From the NCBI GenBank assembly GCA_023898625.1, contig CP060231.1, positions 212,258-276,257 on the forward strand: a stretch of 64,000 bases of DNA, read 5' to 3'. Below, in pieces: positions 16,097 to 25,748 of this stretch. The position numbers and the translations under genes were made by a program. The DNA comes from Candidatus Nomurabacteria bacterium (GTDB lineage: Bacteria; Patescibacteriota; Saccharimonadia; Saccharimonadales; JAGQNJ01). Below the pieces are notes generated by a model, which saw only the letters and a program-made list of their open reading frames with translations, had not been told where the DNA came from and searched no databases. Each line of letters opens with the position of its first letter. Positions within the stretch are counted from its first letter, which is position 1.

Positions 16097-17926
16097 TTAG
16101 GCACTGTCCTCGGCTGCAACGCGATTAACTTCGTCTATTGTGGTTAGCCCGCTAAGAGCTTTTAGATAGCCATCTTGGCGCATACTAACCATACCTTGAG
16201 CAATAGCAACTTTTTGAATTTCGCTACTTGTAGCTCGCTTTAGAATAAGTTGTTGTATTTCTGGTGTCACATCAAACACTTCATACAAACCCATTCTTCC
16301 TTTATAACCGCCAGGTGCAGAGGCAGATTCTTTGCCTTTGTATAAAGTATAAGCGTTTTCGGTAACAAGTGGCAAGGTTTTATACCCAATATCTTCAGAA
16401 AACTTCTTAACTTCAGATGTATTTTTTGGTAAAAGACTACTTAATACTTGATGAATGGCTGTTGTTTCGGCAGTATTTGAACTATACGGTTCAGCACCAT
16501 CAGCCAAACGCCTTACCAGCCTTTGACCAATAACAGTACGTACTGTAGAGGCAATCAAGAAAGGCTCAATCCCCATATCTAGCAAACGTGGCAAAATACC
16601 GGCGGCAGAGTTAGTATGTAGAGTTGAAAACACAAGGTGTCCAGTTAAGGCGGCCTGTACGGCCAAAGTTGCTGTCTCTTTGTCTCGGATCTCTCCAACC
16701 ATCACCACGTCTGGGTCTTGTCGCAAAATAGAGCGTAAACCAGAAGCAAAAGTTAAGCCAACATCGGCATTAACTTGAATTTGATTAATACCTTGCATTT
16801 TGTACTCAACAGGATCTTCGAGCGTAACAATATTGATAGAGTCATTTTTGATCTCCTGGAGCAAAGCATACATTGATGTCGACTTTCCTGACCCTGTTGG
16901 TCCTGATGTTAAAACCATGCCGTTTGGATGCTCTAGGGCGCGTCTGATAGTGCGTAGCGCCCTACCTTTATACCCCATATCTTCTAACTTTAAGCTTGTT
17001 CCGGTTTTGTCTAGTAAACGAATCACCACTTGCTCACCCCACACCACTGGTGAGATAGCAATACGCAAGTCAATCTCCCTGCCAGTTACGCTCACCGTAA
17101 ATTGTCCATCTTGTGGCAGGCGATGTTCATCAATCTTTAAGCTTGAAAGTATCTTAACTCTAGACACCAACGGTGGCTCGGTAGCTTTTGGTAACTTCAT
17201 AACCTCGCGCAGTACGCCATCAATACGGCACCTAATCTGTAATTCCCTTTCTAATGGCTCGATATGAATATCACTGGCACCATTGTTGGCGGCGTATTCT
17301 AGAATTGCAGAAAGAATTTTACTAATTGGCGAATCTTGAGATATGGTTTTAATTGCTGAGTTCTGCATTAACCCGGGCGCAACATCTTCATCACCTTTAA
17401 AATCCTTAAGGTCACTTGACAAATCAATACCCCCACCTGGCGCCTGACCAGATGGATATGCACTAGTAATTTCTGCATTTGTAGCATTTTTGTATTGCTT
17501 TAGAACATTATGAATTCCTGTCTCACTTGCAGCAAAAACCTTAACTGGCCTACCAATCTTATTAGACAAATAATCTATGGCCTGAACATTATCAGGATCA
17601 AGCATTCCAACCACCAACCGATGTTGCATTTCACCTAACGGTACCGCCATATAACGTTCTGCAATTTCTTTTGGCAAAAGCCCCAAGACTTTTGAGCTGA
17701 TTATTGCCTCAGATAAATTAACATAAGGAATATTACCGACATGAGCAATGGTTTTCGTTAGTACCTCGTCAGGAATACCCCCTTCACTTACCAGTAAACT
17801 AAAAAAAGGTGTGTTGTCTTTTTTGGCCTTTTCTTTAAGTTGATTAATTTTAGATTGCAAGATTAAATTCTGCTCAACAAGAGCATTTTCAACTTTTTCT
17901 TGAGTTTCTACCGATAAGACACTCAT
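16097..17926 (-). CDS. pilB: type IV pilus assembly (extension) ATPase, GspE/PilB family
   Basis: 609 aa with an N-terminal T2SSE_N-like domain. Motifs are 'ASDIHIEP', Walker A 'GPTGSGKST', 'VMVGEIRD' and 'TGHLVFSTLHT'. Confidence 0.9.
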   Translation of the reverse strand: MSVLSVETQEKVENALVEQNLILQSKINQLKEKAKKDNTPFFSLLVSEGGIPDEVLTKTIAHVGNIPYVNLSEAIISSKVLGLLPKEIAERYMAVPLGEMQHRLVVGMLDPDNVQAIDYLSNKIGRPVKVFAASETGIHNVLKQYKNATNAEITSAYPSGQAPGGGIDLSSDLKDFKGDEDVAPGLMQNSAIKTISQDSPISKILSAILEYAANNGASDIHIEPLERELQIRCRIDGVLREVMKLPKATEPPLVSRVKILSSLKIDEHRLPQDGQFTVSVTGREIDLRIAISPVVWGEQVVIRLLDKTGTSLKLEDMGYKGRALRTIRRALEHPNGMVLTSGPTGSGKSTSMYALLQEIKNDSINIVTLEDPVEYKMQGINQIQVNADVGLTFASGLRSILRQDPDVVMVGEIRDKETATLAVQAALTGHLVFSTLHTNSAAGILPRLLDMGIEPFLIASTVRTVIGQRLVRRLADGAEPYSSNTAETTAIHQVLSSLLPKNTSEVKKFSEDIGYKTLPLVTENAYTLYKGKESASAPGGYKGRMGLYEVFDVTPEIQQLILKRATSSEIQKVAIAQGMVSMRQDGYLKALSGLTTIDEVNRVAAEDSA

Positions 17927-17951
17927 CTCTTATGTGCCCTCATTTCAGCCA

Positions 17952-18188
17952 TTAAAAAGGCTTCTGGTTATTTTGGTCGCCTATTTGGATTAATTGCGTT
18001 GAATCGATAGAGTCCTTATTAAAGTATCTTTGATCAACTTGAGGGAAATCAGCACTAATTGGCTCCACAACTTCAACCTGTGTTTTACGATCTGCCGGTT
18101 TGCCAAAAATCATCCCAGAAACAATAAATGAAAATATTCCAGCAATAATCATGATCACAACAATTAGAATTATGTCTTTTTGTTTCAT
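17952..18188 (-). CDS. small single-pass membrane protein in the pilus operon
   Basis: 78 aa with an N-terminal TM helix. Its ATG overlaps the upstream TAA by 1 nt (TAATG at 18186-18190). Confidence 0.5.
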   Translation of the reverse strand: MKQKDIILIVVIMIIAGIFSFIVSGMIFGKPADRKTQVEVVEPISADFPQVDQRYFNKDSIDSTQLIQIGDQNNQKPF

Positions 18189-18856
18189 TATTTAACTACC
18201 TCTTTGGTTATTGTTAGACCCTTAGCTCCCTGATAATACGAAACAGCATCTAGGCTTAACTGCATCTGGGCTCCATCACCGCCTGTAATTGTAAGTTTCT
18301 TTATTTTTATTGGTCTAATGGATTGTTCTGTCGATTTTAATAGCTCTTTAGCTCGCGCAAAGTCACCAGCATCTGTAGTAAGCTGAAACGGAATCTCAAC
18401 TGGCTTTGATTCTTTTGATTGACTTTGGGCAACCTCATCATCTGTACCAGAAATTGATTTTGGTGTAAATCCTTTTATTGAGAGCAACTTTTTTGTACTG
18501 GTAATAAATGCTGGGAAGTCATATTTGCTAGGCAGAGCATCCAAAACTATCTTTGAATTATTGCCATCTTTATCACCAGCTCCATTTGGATTACCACCGA
18601 TCACATTATCTGGAGTGCCTGTGAACGCCGTATAAGACACCTTTAGCTGATCGACAGATTTTTTGTTCTCGTTGAGTTGGTCTACTGCCTTTTCTTTCTT
18701 GGCTATAACCTTAGACTGGTAAGATTTTTGAGACCATAGTGCCTTGCTTGCGACTAACGAAAATACTATTAAGAAAGCACCTACTCCAGCTACTGCAACC
18801 ATAGTAGTATTTGCTTTTGATATTAACTCTCGTTTTCCTTTTTTGGGTGATTCCAT
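18188..18856 (-). CDS. PilO-like bitopic pilus alignment protein
   Basis: A short cytoplasmic N-terminus, one TM helix, a coiled-coil-like segment and a periplasmic-type domain. Its position is directly after pilN. Confidence 0.5.
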   Translation of the reverse strand: MESPKKGKRELISKANTTMVAVAGVGAFLIVFSLVASKALWSQKSYQSKVIAKKEKAVDQLNENKKSVDQLKVSYTAFTGTPDNVIGGNPNGAGDKDGNNSKIVLDALPSKYDFPAFITSTKKLLSIKGFTPKSISGTDDEVAQSQSKESKPVEIPFQLTTDAGDFARAKELLKSTEQSIRPIKIKKLTITGGDGAQMQLSLDAVSYYQGAKGLTITKEVVK

Positions 18857-18868
18857 ATACTTCCTTTA

Positions 18869-19558
18869 CTACTCCGGTTTCGTCTCTTGCTTCTTTTCAA
18901 ATAAATCAGTTGGTGCCTCTGTTACAGAGCGCGTCGAAATAATACTTGGTACTGATAGTTGAATATTTTTTGTATTGTCAAAAATGGCCGTATCAAACTT
19001 AAACTGCAATCCATAAGCTGTGCGTCCTCCATTTGCTGGCTGAACACCGAAATTTGACAAAACAACTTCTGAAAAAGCTTTCTTTGACTCGGAACCATTA
19101 ACCTCTTTATACTCTGTAAACTTTAAGATATCGGCATACCTGTTAACAGTTTCAATATTGGTTGCTGTTCCGTTAATAGTCATTGTTCCAGCGTCATAAT
19201 CTACGGTCACATCGGTAATTTTTGCGTCTGCTGGGGTTAGCTGAACGAGGTAATCTGTCAATCTACTTGTAGCTGGTTTTGTCTCGTGCAATCCCGGTAA
19301 AGCCTTTAGCTGGTTTTGAACTGTCAAAACCTTATCTAGATCTGGCACCGCTTTGAGCTCATCTGTTTTTGTCTCAATATTTTTATCCAGGTTTGCTAAA
19401 TGTTGCTTCTGGAAAACATTAACTATCAAAAATAGCAAGATAAAAATAAAAACTGCTAAAGCTGTTACTGATATTACGCCTAAAAGCACTGTGCGTTTTG
19501 TTTTTTGTGTCTTTAGATATTCTAGTTTTACATCTGGCAATAAATTAAACTGAACCAT
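18869..19558 (-). CDS. pilN: PilN-like fimbrial assembly protein
   Basis: The N-terminal 'FNLLPD' motif (canonical INLLP) is followed by a TM helix and a coiled coil. It starts 1 nt after the pilM stop. Confidence 0.7.
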   Translation of the reverse strand: MVQFNLLPDVKLEYLKTQKTKRTVLLGVISVTALAVFIFILLFLIVNVFQKQHLANLDKNIETKTDELKAVPDLDKVLTVQNQLKALPGLHETKPATSRLTDYLVQLTPADAKITDVTVDYDAGTMTINGTATNIETVNRYADILKFTEYKEVNGSESKKAFSEVVLSNFGVQPANGGRTAYGLQFKFDTAIFDNTKNIQLSVPSIISTRSVTEAPTDLFEKKQETKPE

Positions 19559-19559
19559 C

Positions 19560-20597
19560 TTATTCTTGCCTCTCTGCTAATCCCGCTGCGACTGCAAAAT
19601 AAGGCGATAACGCCATTAAATCAGACTCGCTTGCTGTACCAACGCTAACATTTCTCCAGGCATTACCAATCTCTACATTCAAACCAGTTTTGTTAGCAAC
19701 ATAAGCCGGCATGCCTGGGATTATCGCTCCAGCACCTGCTATTACTATCTTCTCGACACCTACTTGATATCTATTAGTGAAAAACTTAATCGATTTGTCA
19801 ATTTCTGCCATTAAGATATCGACAGTTGTGATAACAGCGTTGAATACTTGGCCTTCAAGTCGGTCTTTGCTGAGTCCAAATTTTGAAACAAACTGCTTGG
19901 CCTGTTGCTCGTCAATATTTAAATTCTGAACCGCAGCCTTAATAATTGAATTAGATCCAGTAGGTATCGAACGAGTGAGCCTTGGCGCGCCGTTGGCCAC
20001 CACAACAATGTCGCTACTATTTTCACCTACATCAACTATCATTTGTGGATTCACAGCATCAGGTGGCAAAAGTGCTCGCCCCAAAGCTAAATTATCTGGT
20101 TCAAGGGCAATCACGTTCAACCCAATAGACTCTAACAAATCAAGGCGTCCTTCGATATATTCATTAGGAACACTAGTTAAAAGCACCTCGACTTTCGATT
20201 GGTCTTTTGGTGAGTCACCTATTAGAGCCCAGTCAATTTTTGATTCTGCCACTGGTGTTGGGATAATAGAATCTGCTTGAAGCTTAATTGACTTGCCAAG
20301 TTCAGACGGAGAAAGCCGATCCACATCCACTAATGTTGTGAACACGCGTTGAGACTGAATACCAACCACAACATTCTTGCTTACAACCTTAGCTTGTAAT
20401 AGTAGATCTTTAATAATCTCGCCAACCTTTTGTTGATCTGGTTTTGCGTCGCTCATGGCAAGCTTTGCGTCTATTGGAACATAGCCAAATCGAACAAGCT
20501 GTTTGACTGGCCCGCCCCCTCTTAGTTCAACTAATCTGACTGCTGAGGTGCCGATGTCCAGTCCGAAAAAATCAGAGACGCCGGTTAGTAAACTCAT
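19560..20597 (-). CDS. pilM: type IV pilus assembly protein PilM (actin-like ATPase fold)
   Basis: 'FGLDIGTSAVRLVEL', '..VDVGENSSDIVV..' and 'IVIAGAGAIIPG' are phosphate-binding motifs of the actin/FtsA-like fold. 345 aa. Confidence 0.85.
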   Translation of the reverse strand: MSLLTGVSDFFGLDIGTSAVRLVELRGGGPVKQLVRFGYVPIDAKLAMSDAKPDQQKVGEIIKDLLLQAKVVSKNVVVGIQSQRVFTTLVDVDRLSPSELGKSIKLQADSIIPTPVAESKIDWALIGDSPKDQSKVEVLLTSVPNEYIEGRLDLLESIGLNVIALEPDNLALGRALLPPDAVNPQMIVDVGENSSDIVVVANGAPRLTRSIPTGSNSIIKAAVQNLNIDEQQAKQFVSKFGLSKDRLEGQVFNAVITTVDILMAEIDKSIKFFTNRYQVGVEKIVIAGAGAIIPGMPAYVANKTGLNVEIGNAWRNVSVGTASESDLMALSPYFAVAAGLAERQE

Positions 20598-20641
20598 TGC
20601 TGATAATTATAGCATAAGCACTATATTTTAAAGCAAGTTTT

Positions 20642-22771
20642 TTATAGCACTGGTGGCAAACCAACAATAGTGTCGTATTTTTTAGTGTTAGCTGTAGGAG
20701 TTTGTGGTTGGTTTATGTTGAACTTTAGGCCAAGATAGAATTCTGTTGGGAAATTGAAGACTTCGGCGATGTTAGAATTGTTACTTGTTTCATTTGGACT
20801 AGCGTTTGCTACATCACCGTTCAAGCGATTAAGCTTAACTTTTTTGGCGACAAAGGCGCCGTTAACTGTTAGCTTATTCACGCAACTCATTGATAGATCA
20901 GAGCAAGTATTTATTTCGCCACCAGTACCATCACTACCAAGAGCTACATATAATCCATCAACCCGTGATACATTTGATGCTATTTTGATATTACCCTTTA
21001 CGATAATGATAATAGGATTGATGTCTTCTATACTAGACCATGAAGCAGTATTATCTTTTATGTCGCCTGATATTGTTAGATCACCATTAACGTAGAGCCT
21101 GTGATTAGCAGGTATTGCAGTAGGAGTGAGTATAGTTACGTCACCAGGAGGTTGAGGAAATCCACCATCATTATTCACAAAGCTTTCATAATCAGGAACA
21201 CAACCAAGATATGCATTCTGATCATTACCAATTGGTGTCGATGGATCATTGCCTGAGTTCAAGAAGCTTAGTCCATTTTGTGGCTTTGGTACTTCATTTC
21301 CATCATTATTACCACTATGCATGCTAGCACTCATAAAGCCATCTATAACTCCTGTGGCACTAACAGCAAATTGCGATCCGGCACCAACCCAATTGGAACC
21401 ATCCTGTCTATTAAATGCTTTTACAGAAGCAGTATTCTTTGAACAATCGGTACTAGTCGGCGTTTTAAACTTACGACCAACCACTACATCATGGCCATAA
21501 ACCCGGAAGTAAGGGCTTGTTGATTGCACTTGGGATTCACAACTAGCAGAATTATCTGTAGTACTGTCGTCACCAGGAGATACGCTAACTGACATAGTAT
21601 ATTTTTGGCCAGGTTGTAAAGTAATGGGATCTGATGAATAGGTTACCTTAATGCCTGCCCCAAAATTGGAATTTCCAATAGTGCCTGGAACATTTGTAGC
21701 AACCGATCTTCCGTCACTAGTAGTGATACTACTCATAACTTTCTGATCCGCGATAGTACCGCTCTTGGTAAAAGTAAACACTGCTGTGTTTAGGTTCGTA
21801 CAGTCAACAGAGACAGAAATATCCCCACCCACCGGAGGAGGTGAGCAATTCCAAGAAGCGCTACCCTGTCCGATAGTCGATATACCTAACGGATTGCCGG
21901 GTGTTCCGGTTGCATTTGCTGCAATCACAATCCAGTCGTAACTACTACCATCCTTGAATTGGTCAGGAATTGGGACTGAAAATCCACGATCACCACCAAC
22001 ACCAAATGCTGCAAGCGCCCCTGTATCGAATGGTGGATTCGGTATTGGCTGATTGCCAGTAGTCCTAGTGCTATAGTTTGAGGAAGACCAAGTTTCGCTA
22101 GGTTTCTTTATAACGATTGCAATGCCAAGTTGTGCGAATAAGTTGTCTGCGTCCAGTGCCCAACCCTGAAACCCTCCATCACAACTCACTACAGCACTCC
22201 CAGTTGGATCATGTCTAGCTGGGTTTATACCCGTACAAAACCAAGCAACGTTACCATTAGATCCACCAAAAATATAACCTGATGTATCGACACCCTCGCT
22301 CGGTAATCTGTCAAACGCGGTTCTTGCCCAGCTTGATGGAACTACTGTGGCTCTTCCAAAATCAACAGAAGTTCCTGCTGGGTAAAGCCCAGTGCTATAA
22401 TCTTGAACATAATTATATCCCCTTATACTTCCTGCTCCATTTGCTATACCAAAAATCATAACATTACCGGCATTTGCTCCTCGACAAACACCTTGCACAC
22501 CCCCCCAGGTAGACCCACTCCTAAAACCCCCGCTTGGTCCTGGACCATTAATATCATAGACCATCCAGCCATGGCCATTCCGAGTACTATAACCTCCACC
22601 TCCAGATGGGCCACCAGAGGCATTACCACCCCCACCAATTCCACCTCCAGCAAAAACTTTACTAGATGTCAGCAAACTTATACTTAGTATAGATATTGCA
22701 ATAATAAGACTTGTAGTAATTACTTGCTTACGAGAATTAACCATTTTAACTATTGTGAGCTCAATATTCAT
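20642..22771 (-). CDS. large secreted protein of unknown function (Gly-rich N-terminus, Ig-like middle, beta-helix-like C-terminus?)
   Basis: 709 aa. A signal/anchor 'VITTSLIIAISILSISLLTSSKVFA' is followed by GGGIGGGGNASGGPSGGGGYS. It forms an ATGA overlap with the upstream 119-aa gene (22768-22771). It sits immediately upstream of pilM in the same operon. Confidence 0.6.
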   Translation of the reverse strand: MNIELTIVKMVNSRKQVITTSLIIAISILSISLLTSSKVFAGGGIGGGGNASGGPSGGGGYSTRNGHGWMVYDINGPGPSGGFRSGSTWGGVQGVCRGANAGNVMIFGIANGAGSIRGYNYVQDYSTGLYPAGTSVDFGRATVVPSSWARTAFDRLPSEGVDTSGYIFGGSNGNVAWFCTGINPARHDPTGSAVVSCDGGFQGWALDADNLFAQLGIAIVIKKPSETWSSSNYSTRTTGNQPIPNPPFDTGALAAFGVGGDRGFSVPIPDQFKDGSSYDWIVIAANATGTPGNPLGISTIGQGSASWNCSPPPVGGDISVSVDCTNLNTAVFTFTKSGTIADQKVMSSITTSDGRSVATNVPGTIGNSNFGAGIKVTYSSDPITLQPGQKYTMSVSVSPGDDSTTDNSASCESQVQSTSPYFRVYGHDVVVGRKFKTPTSTDCSKNTASVKAFNRQDGSNWVGAGSQFAVSATGVIDGFMSASMHSGNNDGNEVPKPQNGLSFLNSGNDPSTPIGNDQNAYLGCVPDYESFVNNDGGFPQPPGDVTILTPTAIPANHRLYVNGDLTISGDIKDNTASWSSIEDINPIIIIVKGNIKIASNVSRVDGLYVALGSDGTGGEINTCSDLSMSCVNKLTVNGAFVAKKVKLNRLNGDVANASPNETSNNSNIAEVFNFPTEFYLGLKFNINQPQTPTANTKKYDTIVGLPPVL

Positions 22772-23127
22772 TGTTGGTTGTTTCCCTTATTGCTCTTGTC
22801 TGTCATAAAATAATCCCCTTTTTCTGGCATAAATGTACCGGATGGTATTGAAGAAGGGTCTGATTGTAATTGATTGAGCGCCTTATCTACTGTATCTTGA
22901 TCTATCTCCTGCTTTTCCATAGGTATTACTGTGTTTGTTTGCAACTTATCTTTGCTAGCCTTATAAATTAAGACCCCTAAAATAGCGACGAACGCGCACA
23001 AGATCAAAAGATACAAAATTTTTTGCTTAGTAGTGCTCTTTTTGATTGCATTTAACAGACGTGCAAATATATTTTCTTTTTTGCGATTAAATCTGCTACT
23101 GCTTGTAGACTGCTGATCAGACACCAT
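22768..23127 (-). CDS. single-pass membrane protein, first gene of the pilus supercluster
   Basis: 119 aa with a basic N-terminus and one TM helix ('ILYLLILCAFVAILGVLIY'). No family recognised. Confidence 0.5.
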   Translation of the reverse strand: MVSDQQSTSSSRFNRKKENIFARLLNAIKKSTTKQKILYLLILCAFVAILGVLIYKASKDKLQTNTVIPMEKQEIDQDTVDKALNQLQSDPSSIPSGTFMPEKGDYFMTDKSNKGNNQQ

Positions 23128-23138
23128 GATTAATTAGT

Positions 23139-23166
23139 ATTGTACTACACTGCTTGTGTTTATCAA
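23139..23166 (-). promoter_or_regulatory. putative promoter at the head of the pilus supercluster
   Basis: On the minus strand: TTGATA (23166-23161), a 16-nt spacer, then TACAAT (23144-23139). The -10 box ends 11 nt before the ATG at 23127, so the leader would be very short. Confidence 0.4.
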
Positions 23167-23194
23167 ACATATTTTATTACTACTATTTTCTGTG

Positions 23195-23223
23195 TTAGTA
23201 AGTATTATTATCTCTGTTATAAT
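23195..23223 (+). promoter_or_regulatory. putative ychF promoter
   Basis: TTAGTA (23195-23200), a 17-nt spacer, then TATAAT (23218-23223). The -10 box ends 7 nt before the ATG at 23231, which suggests a leaderless or near-leaderless mRNA. Confidence 0.4.
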
Positions 23224-23230
23224 ATGAGTA

Positions 23231-24310
23231 ATGAGTTTATCCATTGGTATTGTTGGTTTGCCGAATGTCGGCAAAAGCACTCTTTTTAATGCCTTGACAA
23301 ACAGTAATATCTTGGCAGCAAACTACCCTTTTGCCACTATTGAACCAAATACTGGAATTGTACCCATCCCAGATGAAAGACTTAATAAACTGGCTGAGAT
23401 ATACCGATCATCAAATATCGTTCCAGCAACCGTAACATTTGTCGATATAGCTGGTCTTGTGGCTGGAGCAAGCAATGGCGAAGGACTGGGTAATCAATTT
23501 TTAGCAAATATTCGTAGTTGTAACGCCATTTGTCACGTTGTTCGCGCTTTTGAAGACAAGGACATACAACATGTTGACGGCACTCACTCACCAAAAAAGG
23601 ATATCGATATTATCAACACCGAGTTAGTGCTTGCAGATCTTCAGACAGTAGAAAAAAGATTACCAAAACTTACCAAAGAAGCTAAGGCTAATCCAAAACT
23701 AAAAAACCTGACAGATTGCTTAGAGAAAATTAAACAGTGCCTTAACGATAATCATCCAATAAATAGTCGGTTTAGTGATGAGCAGTTAAAGGAATTCGAA
23801 GATCTGCATTTATTAACAGCAAAGCCAGTTATTTATGTTTACAATGTTGATGAAGAAACCCTAGCCAATAAAGCAAAGTTAGCCGAGCTTAAAAATTTAG
23901 TTCCTCATGCAAAGGTAATATTTGTCTGCGCTAAGCTAGAAGAAGAAGTTAAAAGCCTAGATCCCATAGATAAACAAGAGTTACTAGCAAGCTATGATAT
24001 TACGTCTTCTGGCCTAGAACAACTTATTCATATAGCCTACGATACTTTAGGTCTGCAAAGTTATCTGACCGCTGGAGAAAAAGAAGTTCGTGCGTGGACA
24101 ATCAAAAAAGGTTCAACCGCACCACAAGCGGCAGGTGTTATCCACGGAGATTTTGAACGTGGATTTATAGTCGCGCAAATTATCAATTTTCACGATCTTG
24201 TTAAGTATGGCAGTGAGCAGAACGCAAAGTCCACTGGAAAGGTTCGCACAGAGGGAAAAACCTATATAATGCAACCAGACGACGTAGTTGAGTTTAGATT
24301 TAATGTGTAG
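23231..24310 (+). CDS. ychF: ribosome-binding ATPase YchF
   Basis: G1 motif 'GIVGLPNVGKSTLFNALT', then 'ANYPFATIEPN', with a C-terminal TGS-like 'RAWTIKKGSTAPQAAGVIHGDFERGFI'. Confidence 0.95.
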   Translation: MSLSIGIVGLPNVGKSTLFNALTNSNILAANYPFATIEPNTGIVPIPDERLNKLAEIYRSSNIVPATVTFVDIAGLVAGASNGEGLGNQFLANIRSCNAICHVVRAFEDKDIQHVDGTHSPKKDIDIINTELVLADLQTVEKRLPKLTKEAKANPKLKNLTDCLEKIKQCLNDNHPINSRFSDEQLKEFEDLHLLTAKPVIYVYNVDEETLANKAKLAELKNLVPHAKVIFVCAKLEEEVKSLDPIDKQELLASYDITSSGLEQLIHIAYDTLGLQSYLTAGEKEVRAWTIKKGSTAPQAAGVIHGDFERGFIVAQIINFHDLVKYGSEQNAKSTGKVRTEGKTYIMQPDDVVEFRFNV

Positions 24311-24971
24311 TAGTCGGCTTAGGTGTGAATCCGCTATGTTTATACTTGGCAATCAAAGACGGTCTCAGATATAAAGGTTTTACGAAAGGTCGCGGATTCA
24401 AAAATTCATCCGTCGCCATCTTGCCGGCTACGTGCGCCAAGGAATGTACCTGAATTTGCCTTTTGTAGCTACTTGCAAAATCATCCTGTATGCTAGGCTG
24501 AATCGTGCTTGAGAAAGACGAATAACTTTGCGCGGGCAAGTTCTGGGGCAATTCGTTAGGCTGAGACCATCCATCATCAATATGTCGAAGTTCCATAACT
24601 CGATGCTGAATATACTTAACTAGATCTCGTAATCTTGTCTTGCGCCAACTAGTAAAGGCTAATGTTTTATTTATCGTAATTATAGATAATGTTGCATCCA
24701 ACATACGGGCACAATAATCGACCTCTGAAATCATGTCATATCGAATATCCTCCATTGTTAGGAACCAAGGTTTTTTATCTATCAACAAAGCACGACGATC
24801 AGTTGCAACCATTAATGCAAATCCACCTTCGTACTGCCCTACTACAGCGTGATTAATCATCTCGTTTGGGGCCAAAATATGACATAACTCCTTAACCTCA
24901 GGCCTAGCAAAGAAACGATTTCGCATACCTACGTTAAATAGTTGTGCATCAACTTTTTTCAAATCAATCAT
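24300..24971 (-). CDS. hypothetical protein with N-terminal bacterial PH-like (YokE-like) domain
   Basis: '...EMINHAVVGQYEGGFALMVATDRRALLIDKKPW...MEDIRYDMISEVDY' fits the bacterial PH-like pattern. It converges on ychF with an 11-nt overlap. Confidence 0.5.
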   Translation of the reverse strand: MIDLKKVDAQLFNVGMRNRFFARPEVKELCHILAPNEMINHAVVGQYEGGFALMVATDRRALLIDKKPWFLTMEDIRYDMISEVDYCARMLDATLSIITINKTLAFTSWRKTRLRDLVKYIQHRVMELRHIDDGWSQPNELPQNLPAQSYSSFSSTIQPSIQDDFASSYKRQIQVHSLAHVAGKMATDEFLNPRPFVKPLYLRPSLIAKYKHSGFTPKPTTTH

Positions 24972-25094
24972 ATCCGTACCCCTCCTTACACATATATATT
25001 CTCACTTGGGTTCAATAAATACAGTTAAGAAAGGCACAGCCTTAATGCGAGATTTATCACAAATACTACAAAATATTGCTCTTTGTGTCATAAT

Positions 25095-25748
25095 ATGTCT
25101 ATGTTGGGTAATGATAGTCAACTAGAACTATTTCTTAGCCTTTTTAAGCACGGCAAGTTACTATCCTACAATAAAGGAGAGTACATAATTCGCCCTGGCG
25201 AATCACCGGAATATGTTTTCTATATTGAAAGCGGTCTTGTTAAGGCATTCAACATTAGTAAATACGGTGAAGAAAACCTCCTTATCATCAGAAAACCTCA
25301 CGAAATATTTCCACTAATCTGGGCCGTTACCGGACAAGGACGGAGTATCATATACCAAGCCTTGTCTCCGACTACTGTATATAAAGTTAACCGTGAAGAA
25401 TTTACCAAATTCTTGACCAGTAATACTGACGTTCTCTACCCCTTTATTGATCTTATAGTCAAACAGTACAGAATTCATTCAGAAAGAATATTAAATCTTG
25501 AGTATAGAAGCGTAAGAGAAAGACTTGTGTCGTTTATTTTAACTATGGCTATGAGATTTGGCAAAGATTGCCCTGAGGGTGTATTAATAAATGTACCCCT
25601 AAAACAACAGGATATAGCGAGCTCCATAAATGCAACACGCGAGACAACTAGTCGAGAGCTTGGTGTTCTTGAACGAAAAGGGCTAATAACCACTACTCAG
25701 GGTTATATTACTATTATTGATAAGTCAGCCCTCAAAAAGTTACTTTAG
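25095..25748 (+). CDS. Crp/Fnr-family transcriptional regulator
   Basis: An N-terminal cNMP-binding-like beta-roll ('YNKGEYIIRPGESPEYVFYIESGLVKA') and a C-terminal HTH ('QQDIASSINATRETTSRELGVLERKGLI'). The ATG at 25095 is preferred over the TTG at 25083. Confidence 0.85.
   Translation: MSMLGNDSQLELFLSLFKHGKLLSYNKGEYIIRPGESPEYVFYIESGLVKAFNISKYGEENLLIIRKPHEIFPLIWAVTGQGRSIIYQALSPTTVYKVNREEFTKFLTSNTDVLYPFIDLIVKQYRIHSERILNLEYRSVRERLVSFILTMAMRFGKDCPEGVLINVPLKQQDIASSINATRETTSRELGVLERKGLITTTQGYITIIDKSALKKLL

Noticed and set aside
24972-25094. CACAAA-N18-TTTGTG inverted repeat upstream of the Crp/Fnr-like gene as an operator.
   Set aside because: It has only 6 bp arms with a long spacer in AT-rich DNA. 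That is too weak to distinguish from chance without a genome-wide motif model.
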